This document shows positions 43,636 through 55,651 of a stretch of DNA of 64,000 nt, piece by piece. Position numbers and translations under genes: made by a program. The number at the start of each line of letters is the position of its first letter. Within the stretch, counting starts at the first letter, position 1. Below the pieces are notes generated by a model. That model saw only the letters and a program-made list of their open reading frames with translations. It was not told where the DNA came from and did no database searches. The stretch is from Prasinococcaceae sp. CCMP 1430 (taxonomy: Eukaryota; Plantae; Prasinodermophyta): positions 353,248 through 417,247 of the forward strand of contig RQSC01000029.1 in the NCBI GenBank assembly GCA_013416795.1. Direction: 5' to 3'.

Positions 43636-44401
43636 CGCGCGCCGCGCGCCGAGCGAGGAGTGAGTGGTCGGAGCGTTTCGCCCAGGGGATGCGCCACGCC
43701 ACGCCGCCCCGAGTCGCGCCGCTCCCACCCACCCACCCACCCCACCTACACTCACCCGCGCACCCGCGCACCCACCCACCCACCCACCCGCGCGCACTGT
43801 GGTGCTCGGGGAACGCGCGCCGCTGCTACCGCTACGGCCGTTCCCCGCCGCGCGCGCCCCGAAACGGGAGCCGCGCGCCCCCATCAAAACGCACTGCGCG
43901 CGCGGGGCGATGCGATTCGGCCCGGCGCCCGCCTTCCCACGATCTCACCCGGATGAAAGGTGGACACCCGCGGCGGGAGCGGCCCAACCCTCCTCCGTAC
44001 ATCCCAGAAATGACTGGGGAAACGAAGGGCGTCGCCGTCGACCGAAAGGAAGAAAGTCTCCTGTTCTTACAGTATCGATCGACTTCTTTGGTTGGTTGGT
44101 TGGTGCGGACCCTCGGAATTGATCCCAATGAAGGTCTGACCCAGGGCGGTAGCCTCCCACGTTGTCTTTTCGTGAGGGTGGAAATGATCCGAAAGTTGAG
44201 GGACGGCGGCGTCGATCGATCGGCGCTGGTTGGATGAAGGTTCGAGCGGGGGTCTCGGAGCGCGGAAAAAAAAAAGCCGCGCCCGCACTGGCAGTGCTGA
44301 GCGACCTGGCGTTGCGCGCGCGCGCGCGTGCGGGCTGGTGAGCGGCAGGGGTCGGGGGAAGGGGGAGGGGGGAGGAGCCGGCGCGGGTTTGGGGGAAGCA
44401 G

Positions 44402-44775
44402 GCGCCGGCAGCGGCTCTGCGATACGTCGAACGGGCCAGCCTGCCGCGCCGCGCGCGCACGTGCGCGGCGCGTTTCCACACGGTGCGCGACGGCGAGAGC
44501 CTCAGCAGCATCGCGTACAAAAACCGTGTCGACCTTGAGCAAGTGGAGGCAGACAACCCGATGGGAGACTACGACATGATCTACCCAGGCCAGGTATGCG
44601 ATGCCGGCGGTCTCCCCACGCCATGCGACCCCGCCTCCCCACAGCACTGGCACACGCGCGAGCAGCGCCGGCGAACGGAGGCGCGCGCAGCTTGCGCCGA
44701 GCTGACGCGACCTGCTGCGCTTTGAATCGCCGCTCATACGTCGGTTCGGGCTGGGCCAGGTCGTCAGTCTGCCAG
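44402..44775 (+). CDS. LysM-domain protein, including a 16-nt microexon (44760-44775); start and 3' end uncertain
   Basis: FHTVRDGESLSSIAYKNRVDLEQVEADNPMGDYDMIYPGQ, intron 44594-44759, then VVSLP, completing the LysM consensus. Confidence 0.85.
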
Positions 44776-44797
44776 GTGCGTGCCTGCGCCGCGCGTG

Positions 44798-44807
44798 CCC
44801 CCCCCCC

Positions 44808-44846
<39 letters not shown>
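44798..44846 (+). repeat. Poly-C tract (~49 nt, one interruption)
   Basis: Directly visible; lies just after the microexon donor. Confidence 0.95.
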
Positions 44847-44848
<2 letters not shown>

Positions 44849-45514
44849 GGCGGCGGCCGCCCCGCGCCCGCCGCCCCGCCGCGCTGTGTTTTCTCTCGCG
44901 CCCCCGAGCGCCGGCGACCTCGCTCGCGATCGGGGCGGAGCGCGTCCTGTGCAGCGGGGTTGCGCCAAACTTAGGGTTGAAACATCGAAGCATTTTAAAT
45001 TCATGATACCCGCGTATGCAGGGTTTATTTATTTACGGCGCTAGCGCGCTCTCTCTTTCTCTCTCGCGCGCGCGGTGTGATGACAGGGGAAAACAAAAAA
45101 AAAAGGGGTACGTGCGATGCATTTTGATGTACTGTACCGCATTGTGTTTTTTTACACCAATTCAAGGAAAATAAAGTTGGTTTGGGTGGGGGACGGCTTG
45201 GCCTGGCCGGTGCGGCGACCGCCTCCCGCCCGCGCCCGCCGCGCGCCTGTGCGCTGCCGCTGCTGCTGCGCCTGCTCTGCCTGCCGCTGCGCCCCGCGCC
45301 CTGCGCGGCGCGCACCACCACACACGTTGGTCCATCGGTCGGTTGGGGGCCGCGCCCGCAGCCCTGACCACGCATCCGCCGGCGTGGCTTGGCGGGGCCA
45401 TGGGATGTAGTGCGCGCCCTCCGCCCCCCCCCCCCCTTCCCTCCGCGCGCGCGTGAACCTCGAGCGTCGATCGTGCGAGGCAGCCGCTGACGCCGGGCGC
45501 GGCCGCTTTGACAG

Positions 45515-46236
45515 GCGCAGCCCCTTACACAGACGTGAGCGGGCTCGTTCCGCTCCTCGCGGTCGCCGCCGCGGTGGTGTGGGAAAGGAGGACAGGTGGC
45601 AGCACCGGTATCAGGGCGGCCGCGGCTGATGCGCTTAAGAAGGCGAAAACAGCTATTACCTCTGCCGCGTCCTCCGTCAAGGATCGCTTACCCAAGGGGG
45701 ACGGGAGCACTGGCGGCGGTGGCGACGTCAAGGCGGCCGCGGCTGATGCGCCCAAGCAGGCGAAGGCAGCTATCGCCTCAATCTTTTCGAACCTCAAGGG
45801 GCTCTTACCCAAAGGGGGGCCGAGCAAGGGCGGTGGTGACGCGAAGTCGATCGCCGCTGCCGAGGCCAAGCGAGACAGAGCCGCCGCAGAGGCCACGGAA
45901 GCCGCTCAGGTCTTTCTGTCCAAGTCGGACGAGGTCGCGACCAGCACTGCGGCAATGAAAATCGCCAGCGACAGCGAAGACGAGGGCGAAGGAGAGGCCA
46001 AGACCGCCTCCACTTCCGCCTCCTCCGCCAAGTACACGCCCAAGAAGAACATGTGGGTCGTAACCAGCGCAACGGCAACCAGTTCCATTCCGGCAACGAG
46101 AGCCGGTAGCAACAGAGCGGGCCAGACCGCCTCTGCTTCCGCCTCATCCGCCACGCCGCAGAAGAAGGACATGTGGAAGCCAGTGGCCTTCTTCGCTGGA
46201 CTGGCCGCGCTCGCGGGCCTTTCGGTGGCAAAATAG
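45515..46236 (+). CDS. Exon with TM helix, Ala/Lys-rich repeats and hydrophobic C-tail; either the last exon of the LysM gene or a separate gene
   Basis: CTGAC...GACAG acceptor at 45514 in phase 1, matching the microexon. Contains a ~37-aa repeat (AAAADA.K.AK.AI.S...K..LPKG) and a duplicated TAS.SASSA...KK.MW. Confidence 0.7.
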
Positions 46237-46473
46237 AGCGCACGTGTGCGCGCATCCCCCCGCCCCCACCCCAACACCCTTTCTCTCCCACTCCCAGAGC
46301 GGCGCTGTATACTCTCTGGCTGCCGCTTTGGCGCAGACTCAGGTTTAGCTCTCCGGCTCGAAGCCCTTCCGCTTGCGCTGTTAAGAACACGCTACCACAC
46401 AACGTTGACAACGCCTGATTACAACATATGATTACAACAACACACACGAGTTGGACGGGCCGTCATCCTCATG

Positions 46474-49400
46474 CTAGTCTTCATCGATGGCATCGCCCGT
46501 GCCAGAGGGGTTGCCATCCGGCTCGCCGCCCATGAGTGTGCGCGCGAATGCCGCGCCAAATGTCGTGGAGGTGCCGCGTCCGCCGCCAAGCACAGCGAGC
46601 GCGGCGCCCTCGTCCTCGTCCTCGTCCGATGTCGCCTGTGAACTTGGGGGGGCGGCAGCGCGTGCGGCGAGCATGCGCTCCTCAACGGTGCCGCGCGCGT
46701 ACAGCGTGATGAGCTCCACTTGTTCCGTCTGGCCGATGCGGTGGCAGCGCGCGAGCGCCTGTGCCTCCGCGCCAGCCGAGGCGAAGGGCTACATTGCCCG
46801 CCACGCGCAACGACACAGCAGCAGGCGCGCGCGCCCGCGCCCGCCCGCATGCGCTGGTCAGTGCACTTGTCTAGCTCGGCATACCCCATGCAGCGCACGA
46901 CCGCTGCAGGCGTGCGCGCCCTCCGGGCGGCGTCGTCTGCCGCAACGCACCTCGAGCAGCACCACGCACGACGCGGTCGTCAGCGTGAGCCCCGCGGCAG
47001 CAGCACTGCCGTGAAGCGCGAGCGCGACGCACGCCGGATCAACGTTAAAGCGACTCACGGCCCGCGCGCGCTCCGCGGCACTCACGCCGACTGTCAGCAC
47101 CGCGCAGCCGAGCCCCACCGACCCGATCTCCTCAGAGGCCGCCCGAACCGCCTCGGGGTACTGCGAAAACACCACCACCTTGTGTCCTTCCTCGGCGACG
47201 CGCGTTACGATCCTCAGCAGCTCGGTGCGCTTCGACCCGAGCATGCTTCCCAGGTTGAGCTGCGCGTGCGCTGCCATGAACAGGGGGGGAAGCGAAGGGT
47301 AGCGCGCGTTGCGCGTCGGAACCCCACCTGGGAGCTCAAGTTGCCCGAGGCCCTCCTCAGTCGCAGCAGGAGTGTGTCGCGGCGGCGCATCGCCGTCATC
47401 TTCATCTGCACTAGGTGCAGCGGCACCCGCGCCGTTGCCACTGCAGCCTGCACCAGCGCCGCCACTTCCCGCGCCGTCGCTGCTCTCACGATTCACAGCG
47501 TCCTGGTCTGGCGGCAACAGCTTGATGAGGGACGCTCGAGTGAATGGCTTTCTGCACAGCGGGCAGGGCGCCTCACCGCTCGACGTCGAGCCAGTCAAAA
47601 CGGGCGCGGCATCCAGCCAGCGCAGGATGCAGCCCGCGCATGCCAGGTGCACGCACGCCGTAGTGACCGTGCCATCGCGCGGCAACTCGCCGTGGCAGAT
47701 CATGCAGCTGGGCACCTCCTTCTGCTCCATGAAGGCGTGGATGCCTGCAAAACCGCTTTGCTCGATTGTCGTGGAGAGCATTGCGTCCTCTCCCATTGCA
47801 TCCGCTGCGAGGCGCAGGCGATGGATGTAAGGGCTGAGTGCCGCAAGCGCGGACTCGCTCTCGTCGACATCGGCAGCGAGAACCTTGGCCTGCCTGCGCA
47901 GCTCAGAGTGTAGCTCGCGAGCGCGCTTGTGCCCAGCCTTGGAAGATGTGTCGCTGAGCAAGATGCGGGCCATGACGCCCGCTGGGCATCGCGCGAGGAC
48001 CGCTGCGAGTGCCACGCGCGCCTCGTTCGTGGCACTGTAGTCCTTTGATTTGCGAGCCTCGACGGCGGCGGCGGCGACAGCGTGCTCGCAGCGCTTGGCC
48101 TCGGCGCGCAATGCCGCTCCCACCAGCGCCCGCGGGCTCTGCCGAGCGAAGGATACAAGCGCGCAGCCGCAGGACACCGCCTCAGCGGCGAACTGCCATC
48201 GCACCCGAGGCAGTGCAGAGCGCGCGCGCGCGGCAATGCCCTTGTAGTGTCTTTCTCGCTCCTCAGCGGACGCAAGCCTCTCTGCCACCGTCGGAAGTGC
48301 GCGTGCACGCGAGGCAGCGAAGTTGTGCGTCTCGGCGTTCGCGTGTCGCACCATATCTGAGAAACCACTGCGCACCTTCATGGGACGCATGAGCTCCTGC
48401 AGTAGTCATTTTCACGTCGACGATGCAGGCGGCGCAACCAGTCGTGTCAACGGCGCGCATTCAATTTCTTGCAACATACCTCTAGACTAGCGACTCGCTA
48501 GCAACTAGTACTAGGTACCAGTAAGCGATCCTGCTACTGCAGGGAAGAAAACACGAGCGAACAAGCGCGGTCGAGGTGAGGCAGCGCATGACGACCATCG
48601 CGCTAGAACATGAATCATGTCCGCTCTCCATGGCTGCTGACACCACTTACCTGCAGCGCCCTGTCGCAGGAGAGTGAACGTAGCGCACCCGTCGACAGGA
48701 GCATGCTCGCACCCAGTCCAGACGCGAGCCCGGCCCTCATTTCCACATCATCCGACTGTGATAGCAGCAGCGACCTCAGCATGCGGTCGCATCGGCCCAG
48801 GTGCGTGCAACGCCTGCTGCCGACAACGGCGGGGACGAAAGCCAGCGCGCTCCTGAGCAGCGCGACACACGCATCTGGAGAGGGCGCGCTCGGGTGGAGC
48901 GCATTTGCGCAGCCGCTGCTCGTGCCATGAAGAGCGAACGCCGCCGCCTCGAGGAGGTGGTAACAGAAGCGTTCTGCGGGCGCGAGCGTCACCGCGCGTA
49001 GCGTGCGGTGCGCGCGAGGTAGTTGTAGCAGCGGCTCTCCCGACAGCGTGCGCTGTGCCTTGGAGTGGCGCATCATCACGCGAGCCAGCAGCTCTTTCAG
49101 CAGGTGCAGGGATGAAGTAGAAGACGTGCCCCGTCTAAAGTCAAAGTCACAACTCTTGTACTCGGACGCCACGCATCTCCCCCAGAAACCATCCTCCGAG
49201 TCGGGCAGCGAGAAAGGCCACACGCCGAGGAACTTGAGCTCTCCATTGAGGTCATCGATTGAGTCGTACAGCGGAGTACCGCTGACTATCCAACGTCGAG
49301 CCGCGAGCATGCCCTCGCACACCTGCGCTAGCCGCGTCGTGTTGGAGCGAATCTCCTGACACTCTAAACACATCGCGCGCGCGTGTCAGCCGCGTGTGTG

Positions 49401-51219
49401 CACGCGCGCACGCGCACACATACACGCGCGCGAACATACCGTCGAGCACGATCCGGCGCCAGGCCACACGACGCAGGAGTGCGCTGCGCATGCCGCGCTG
49501 CTTCCCGCGCTGCGCGCCTGCTGCTTCCGCTTCGAGGGCGGCGTACGACGTCAGCACGAAGTCGTGCGTCGCAAGGCGCTCCGCCTCTGCTCGAAGCTTG
49601 GAGCCATCCTTGAATCCCCACGTGGGCGAACTGCGGTCGAAAGGGTCGTGAATCGCAACAGTCACTCCCGTTGCGCACTTGGCTATCTCGCTGGCCCACT
49701 GTGCCACGAGCGTCAGTGGTGCCACCACGAGCGTTGCGCGGGACGACGCGAGCACCGCATTCATGCCACCGCCGCTCTTGCCCGCGGCCGTTAGTCCGGC
49801 TGCTTTGGCAGCGGCGGCGGCATGCTCGGTCGCGAGCCCAGGGTATCCCCTTCTTCTGTCCCAAAGCGACAGAGCCACTATCTCAACGGTCTTGCCCAGG
49901 CCCATTTCCTCTGCCAGCAAACCACCGTGGCACACCGGCGGAGCGTCGAGCCGTAGCTCTCCTGCCATCGGAAAAGCCCAGCAGCACTCGGGCTGGTCAG
50001 CAGCCACCGCCCCGCCACGCGCGCGGTCGAGCCATTCTCGGCGCTCCCAGAGCGTCGCGTTCAACCCGCCTTCCATGCTCTCCTGGTCGACCATCCACGC
50101 CAGTGTCTGCCTCTGATAGGGGAACAGTTCGATCGCGAGCCCATCGACTGCATCTCGCGGCATCTCGCGATAGCCCACGTTTTCGCAGTGCTGCAGCAAG
50201 CCGCTTAGCGTGTATGGATCGGCGTCGAGCGCGCCTTTGCTGCGCGCGAATGTTGGCGCGTAAGAGGGCGGGGCGCGGGGGTGCATAAGAGGGGCAACAG
50301 GATTCAGCATCGTCAGGATGACCTTCAGATACTTCATGGCGATCAGCTCGAAGGAGAGCCGCGACAGGTACACGCGAATGTCGAGGGTTGTCCACGCGCA
50401 TTCTGCGTCCTCATTGTCATCCTCAGGCATAGCCTCCTCGTTGTACTCGTGATCGTGCTCACCGCCTGCCTCCCCTTCGTGCTCATCCTCCTCTCCGTAA
50501 GCCACGCGGGCCCAGTCGTCGGGTGCAGGGATGATCACCCGCGCCATGGGCAGCTTCCACGGATACTCGAACGGGAGAACGAGCCCCGCACACGCATCTA
50601 CGATTTGCATGTCGCGCTCGCTGATGCATGACACGGGTTGAGAGGGGTGGAACGAGTCCTGCAGCCGCCCCACGGGAACGAGCCCGCTGCCGCCGGGCTC
50701 GCCCTCCATGTTGTGGAAGATGCGACGCTCGAGCCTCCTCGCAACCTTGGACTTGCCCTGGCGCTCCAGCATGTCTGTGGCGCGCGTCGGCTCACACAGC
50801 CGCACCATCTCCGCCCGTGCATCGGCAAAGCGAGCTCTTTGGAGGCGTACCCGCACCTTGCCGACTGCGAACAGGCGATAGGCGTTGTAGGCATCGCCGC
50901 GTCGGTCGGCCGCGTCCTGCCCGGCTGCTCGGCCATGCCACGCACCCTCCGCTGGCGGCCCGCTCCCCTCGCCAACCAGCTGCGCGGCGCTCGCCGTCGT
51001 CAGACGAATCGTGGCTGTGGCTGCGCACGGCGCTGCGGCGCGCCACGCCGCCGCGCCGCCATCGTGCTTGGCTTCCGCGGTCGCAGCCAGCACCGCGGCT
51101 GTCACAGCGGCGGACTCCGGGTCCGCGGGGTCCGCGCCCACGCCCACGCCCGCACCAACGCCCGCGCCCGTATCCTCCGCGCCGCGGCGCCTCTTGGCAA
51201 GAGCGCCTCCTCGCGCCAT
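46474..51219 (-). CDS. SNF2-family helicase with RING finger (RAD5/RAD16/SHPRH group), at least 4 exons
   Basis: Motifs LFPYQRQTLAWM, GGLLAEEMGLGKT, TLVVAPLTLVAQW, RRIVLD|ECQ and RWIVSGTP. RING CMIC..C.H.AC..C...CPLCR, then KVVVFSQY, AAGLTLTTAS and QALARCHRIGQ. Confidence 0.92.
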
Positions 51220-51531
51220 GAGGCCCGCCCCGCCACGCCCCACCGCGCGCGGTGTGGAGCTGGGTGGCGCACTGCTACTGTATCTCTCTCCCTAGTTGTC
51301 CTCGCTGGTCGGGCGGGGTTGCAGCGGGTGCGGGGAGGCGCGGACTCGCGTGCGCCACACTGCAGCCCCAGGCCCCTAACACCTTCGCCCCGCGCGCGTG
51401 GTTGCTTGGCGCGGCGGGCTCCCAGCCGCGGGCCGCCGCCGCCTGCGGCTGCGGCTGCGCACGCCGCTGCTGCCGTCGAGCCCGCGTGGGCGCGGTTCGG
51501 CGGCGGCAGCGGCGCGCGCGGCGCGCACGCG

Positions 51532-52825
51532 ATGCGGCTGCAGGTGCTGCGCTCTCTTTGGGGAGTCGTGCGCGCCGATGGTGGCGCGCTGGGTGTCGGC
51601 GAGGCGCTTGAGCGCGCCGCGGCTGGTGGTGCGGCGGGCGTCGAGTGCTCGCTCGCGCTCGCACACCAGGTAGGGGCCAAGGACTTCCGTGACGCGCTGC
51701 GAGCCAACTGCCTGTCGTGGGTCCCGATCACGTTCAGCAGCGGGCCGCTGGGCACGCAGGAGGTCTTCTTGGAGGGCTCACCCCGTGCGAGCCACTGGAG
51801 CAGCCTCGCGGTGCACCGCGATGCGCTCGCGAGCAATGTCGCGTCGGCGCTCGACCTCGCGTCGAGCGGCGACATCCACGTGCCGCACGTGAACGTCCAT
51901 CTGGGCCACGACTCCATGACTCACGACGAGGGTGTGGAGCTGCTTGGCGCGAGCTGCGACCTCTCCGAGCGCGCGGGCGTCGCCTTCGCCCACGAGACAC
52001 ACCGTGGACGCCTGACGTACTCGCCATGGAGGACACCGCTGCTGCTACGCGACGAACCGCGCGCGAGGCTACTCGCAGACTTCGCACACTGGGTGGTCGT
52101 CGCGGAGGCCGAGCCGGGCGACAGGCTGCTGGAGGCTGGCGTCAAGGTGCGGGGGCTGCGCGCGCGCGCGTGCGCGCGAGACGTGCGTGTGTGTGCGTGC
52201 GCGTCGCGCGCCGCACGCGAGGTGCGCCCATCGGCTTGGAAAAGGGCGCCCACGCGCTCGACATCGCGTGGGCTCCAAAGGCCAGCCGTAGATCCTTTTA
52301 CCGCTCTGCTCTGCTCGTCCTTCTCGCTCGGGCGTGCTATGCTGCGTTGTCAACACTGACGAACAGGGGCATGCGCTCGCGCGCGCATCCGGGTGTGCCT
52401 GGACGCGTGCACCACGCGCCCGCGCACGGTCACGCACGGTCGCGCAGTCCGTGCTGTCCAAGTGCATCGCCTCGCACGGCCGGATCGGTCACGCGCAGGC
52501 CTCGCAGGTTCCCCACCCGGCGGCGCCCGAGTGGGCCGCCGAGACCGCGCAGCAGTGCGGCTGGATAGAGGCCATATGGCGCTCGCGGATGGGCGAGGGC
52601 GGCGCCGCGAGCGGCGGCGACGCCTGGTTTACGCCCGAATTCGGGCCGAGGCCCTACATGCCGGCGCTGCCGTTCACGAACGCGCCGACCGCGGACCTCG
52701 ACGAGTGCAATGACTGGATGGCAAAATGGGCAAGGGAGGCATTCGCTGAGCTGCTGGCCGAGAGCGCGGCGGGTGTCGCAGCCGCTAAGTCATCCTCGGC
52801 GGCGTGGAGGCCGCCATCGGTGTGA
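51532..52825 (+). CDS. Xylose-isomerase-like TIM-barrel protein (sugar phosphate isomerase/epimerase family), 2 exons
   Basis: Motifs HETHRGR, ADFAHW, HGRIG...SQVPHP, and TPEFGPRPYMP. Intron donor at about 52147 (AAG|GTGCGG). Confidence 0.8.
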
Positions 52826-53278
52826 CCACGCTGGCGCGCTCGCTCGCTCGCTCACTCGGCGACGCATGGCATTGGTATTCTTTGCTCAGCTCGCGCGCTG
52901 CGCGTTGCTTGCACTGCAGGCGACTGTACAGTACAAACTCAGACACTCAGCTCGGAAGCCCCCGGGGGCGATGCTGCTCGTCGCGCGAATGGCGCGCGAG
53001 CACGCGGCGCGCGCGCAAGGGACGCGCCAGCGCCGTTGGCGATGGTGGCGATTCGTTCGCTGCTCGTTACGCGGATGCGCTCGTACGTGGTGCGGGCACG
53101 CTCCTCCTCGTCTCACAGCTCTCTGCTAGCTACAGGTTCGCAGGTGGTGACTTCCGAGCAGTGCAGCCGCGCCCGGAAGCCCGGTGGGGCGCGCACGCGC
53201 GGGCATCCGCTCCGTGTGTGTGCTCGGGCCTCTCTACCGTGCGTGGAGTTGGCCCCGCAGGTGACTCGCCGGCACGCC

Positions 53279-53542
53279 TCAGCTCACGCGCTGCACGCGA
53301 TGCCCCGGCGCGCGGAAGCCGCTCGACTTGTTGACGTTGAGCGCTCCCGGCCCCGCGGTTGAGTAGTCCGACGCGCCGAAGGCCCCGTCGGCCTCGTGGA
53401 GCATCGCGACCTCCTGGGCTCCGTCGCCCTCTGCGGCCACGTCCGCGGCGGGCGCTGGCGCTGGCGTCGCCTTAGCTGCCTCCTTGCCCTTGTCACTTCC
53501 CGTTTTCGGGGGAGTGGGTTTGCCATCGTGGGCTGGGGCTCT
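53279..53542 (-). CDS. C-terminal fragment of an unknown gene, truncated at the N at 53543
   Basis: Open frame from the N reads RAPAHDGKPTPPKTGSDKGKEAAK...RVQRVS*. Low-complexity but coding-like. Confidence 0.35.
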   Translation of the reverse strand, partial: RAPAHDGKPTPPKTGSDKGKEAAKATPAPAPAADVAAEGDGAQEVAMLHEADGAFGASDYSTAGPGALNVNKSSGFRAPGHRVQRVS

Positions 53543-53994
53543 NGGCGGGCGAGAGCAGCGTGGTGTGACCCCTCTTCACCCTCCTGTGTCAACGCGCGCG
53601 CTCACAGAAACACGTTCGTAAGAATCCCAACCTGGACACCCAGTCAGCGCGAGAGCCACAGCGGCAAGTGTGCCTACTCGCGCGAGCGAGAATGATGTTA
53701 GCGCGCCGCGCGCACCCGCGCGCGTTTCCCGCCCACGAAACGCGGTCGCCGCGCGGCGTGCGCTGAGTCAGCGCCCGGGCCGCATCGAGATCTTCGGACC
53801 CTTGCATCTATACCTAATGCAGCCGTGCACGTGAACCTAAACCCCGCAAAAGGGCTGGCTGGTGGGGCGGTGTGTGTGAGAGTGTGTGGGTGTTCGACTC
53901 GCGGCTTTCGCACTGATTTTGATGTGGCGTCCGCTGTTTGTGTGCGAGTGGAGCAGAGCGCGGGAGCGTCGCGCTGCGGTTGCCCACTCCCCAC

Positions 53995-55304
53995 ATCTTG
54001 AGGTCGGCGCTTGCCGCGCGCGCGCGCGCGGCGGCGGCGGCTGGCGCGGGACCGGCGGATGGGCTGGTCAGGTCGGAGGTTGTAGGGGGTGGCGTCGGGC
54101 TTATAACGCTCGCTCGTCCTAAGGTGCCGGCGCGCAGTACTCGCCGCAGCGTCCGCCGCGCTGCGCTGAGGCGCGCCCATGCGGGGAGGAGCACCGAGCG
54201 CCGAGCGCAATTGTTGCGCTTTTTCACGCGCGCTGACACACGCACCGTCCCGCTGCACACGCGCGCAGGCGCTCAATGCGCTCAACGATTCGCTGATGAC
54301 CGAGCTGATAGCTGCGATGCGCGCACACGACGCCGACGCCTCGGTGGGCTCAATCGTGCTGACGGGCGAGGGCAAGGCGTTCGCCGCTGGCGCGGATATC
54401 AAGGAGATGCAGCCCAAGACGTTCGCGGACGCCTCCAACAGTGCCATGCTCGAGTTCTGGGAGGTGCGGTAATGTGCACGGACGCGCCAAGGCGCAGCTG
54501 CTACGCACGAGGGCGCGCGCTACTGCCAACTCTTACAGCGCGTTGACGCTGTTGCAATTTGCTCCCGTGCTGTCACGCCCGCTCGCACACCCCCTGGCGC
54601 GCCCGCGCGCGCATGTGCCCAGGCGGGTTTGGCCTCGATTCGCAAGCCGGTGGTGGCCGCAGTCCATGGCGTGGCGCTGGGCGGTGGCTGCGAGCTGATG
54701 ATGATGTGCGACATCGCGTACGCCGCCGAAGGCACGCGATTCGGCCAGCCCGAGATCACGCTGGGCACCATCCCCGGTGCGGGCGGCACACAGAGGCTCA
54801 CAAGGGTGCGTGCGAATGCTCGTGCGCGGGCTGCGTGCGCGCTTGAGCGTGCTGCCCGTGCGTGCAGGGATTGCCCTTGCCGCCAGCGCAAGCGCACACG
54901 TGGTCCGGCCCAAGTGTTGGCGCGCGGATGCTGACGCGGAAGTACGCACGGCTGCCGCGCGTGCGGACGCTCAGGCTGTGGGCAAGTCGCTCGCTATGGA
55001 GATGATTCTGGCCAATCGCTGGCTCGATGCGGACGAGGCCCTCCGCCACGGCCTTGTGTCCAAGGTGCTTCCCGCGGATGACCTCCTCCCCGAGTCACTC
55101 AAGCTCGCGCGCTCGATCGCGTCCTACTCGCAGCCGGCGGCGCGGCTGGCGAAAGAGTGCGTGAACTCCGCATACGAGTCGCCGCTGCAGGAGGGCCTGC
55201 GCCTAGAGCGCCGCAACTTCCACGCCACCTTCGCGCTCGCCGACCAGAAGGAGGGCATGAGCGCGTTCGCGGAGAAGCGCACGCCCACGTTCACGAATAC
55301 GTAA
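53995..55304 (+). CDS. ECHS1: Mitochondrial enoyl-CoA hydratase, 4 exons; initiator ATG not evident
   Basis: ITLARPK|[69 protein letters not shown] and [13 protein letters not shown]. Confidence 0.95.
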
Positions 55305-55651
55305 GAGCGCTCGCTTTGGGTCGCTTCGTGCCCAACGGTTGCGGCGCGCCGCGCTCCGGCCTGGCCGCTCGCGCGACGGCGACACGACGCGTCACACGAA
55401 ACGGCGCCACAGAGCGCACTTCGCGCGGGCTGGCGTCCCGCCGGCGCGCCGGGGCGCCAGAGCAGTGCGAGGAGGTCTTCGCCAGTCGCAGAGACGCTCG
55501 CCACGACCACTTCACGCAACAACACGCGCGCAGGCCGGCCGGCCGGCCGTGTGGGGGTCCTCCGGGGACGGGACAGGGGCCGCCGGGCGGTGTTCGAAGC
55601 GCGTTCTGCGTGCGAAGAGAGACAGGGGGACGGGGAGGGAGAGCGCACGCC

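Noticed and set aside
43930-44250. Possible structured RNA: U3 box-A-like ACTTTCGGATCATTTC (minus strand), RNase P CR-I-like GAAGGTCTGA, MRP/SRP-like GAAAGTCTCC and CCGAAAGGAAG
   Set aside because: The required partner elements (U3 boxes C'/B/C/D, CR-V pairing, Sm site) are absent. It is better explained as a bidirectional promoter/5' UTR. An Rfam scan would settle it.
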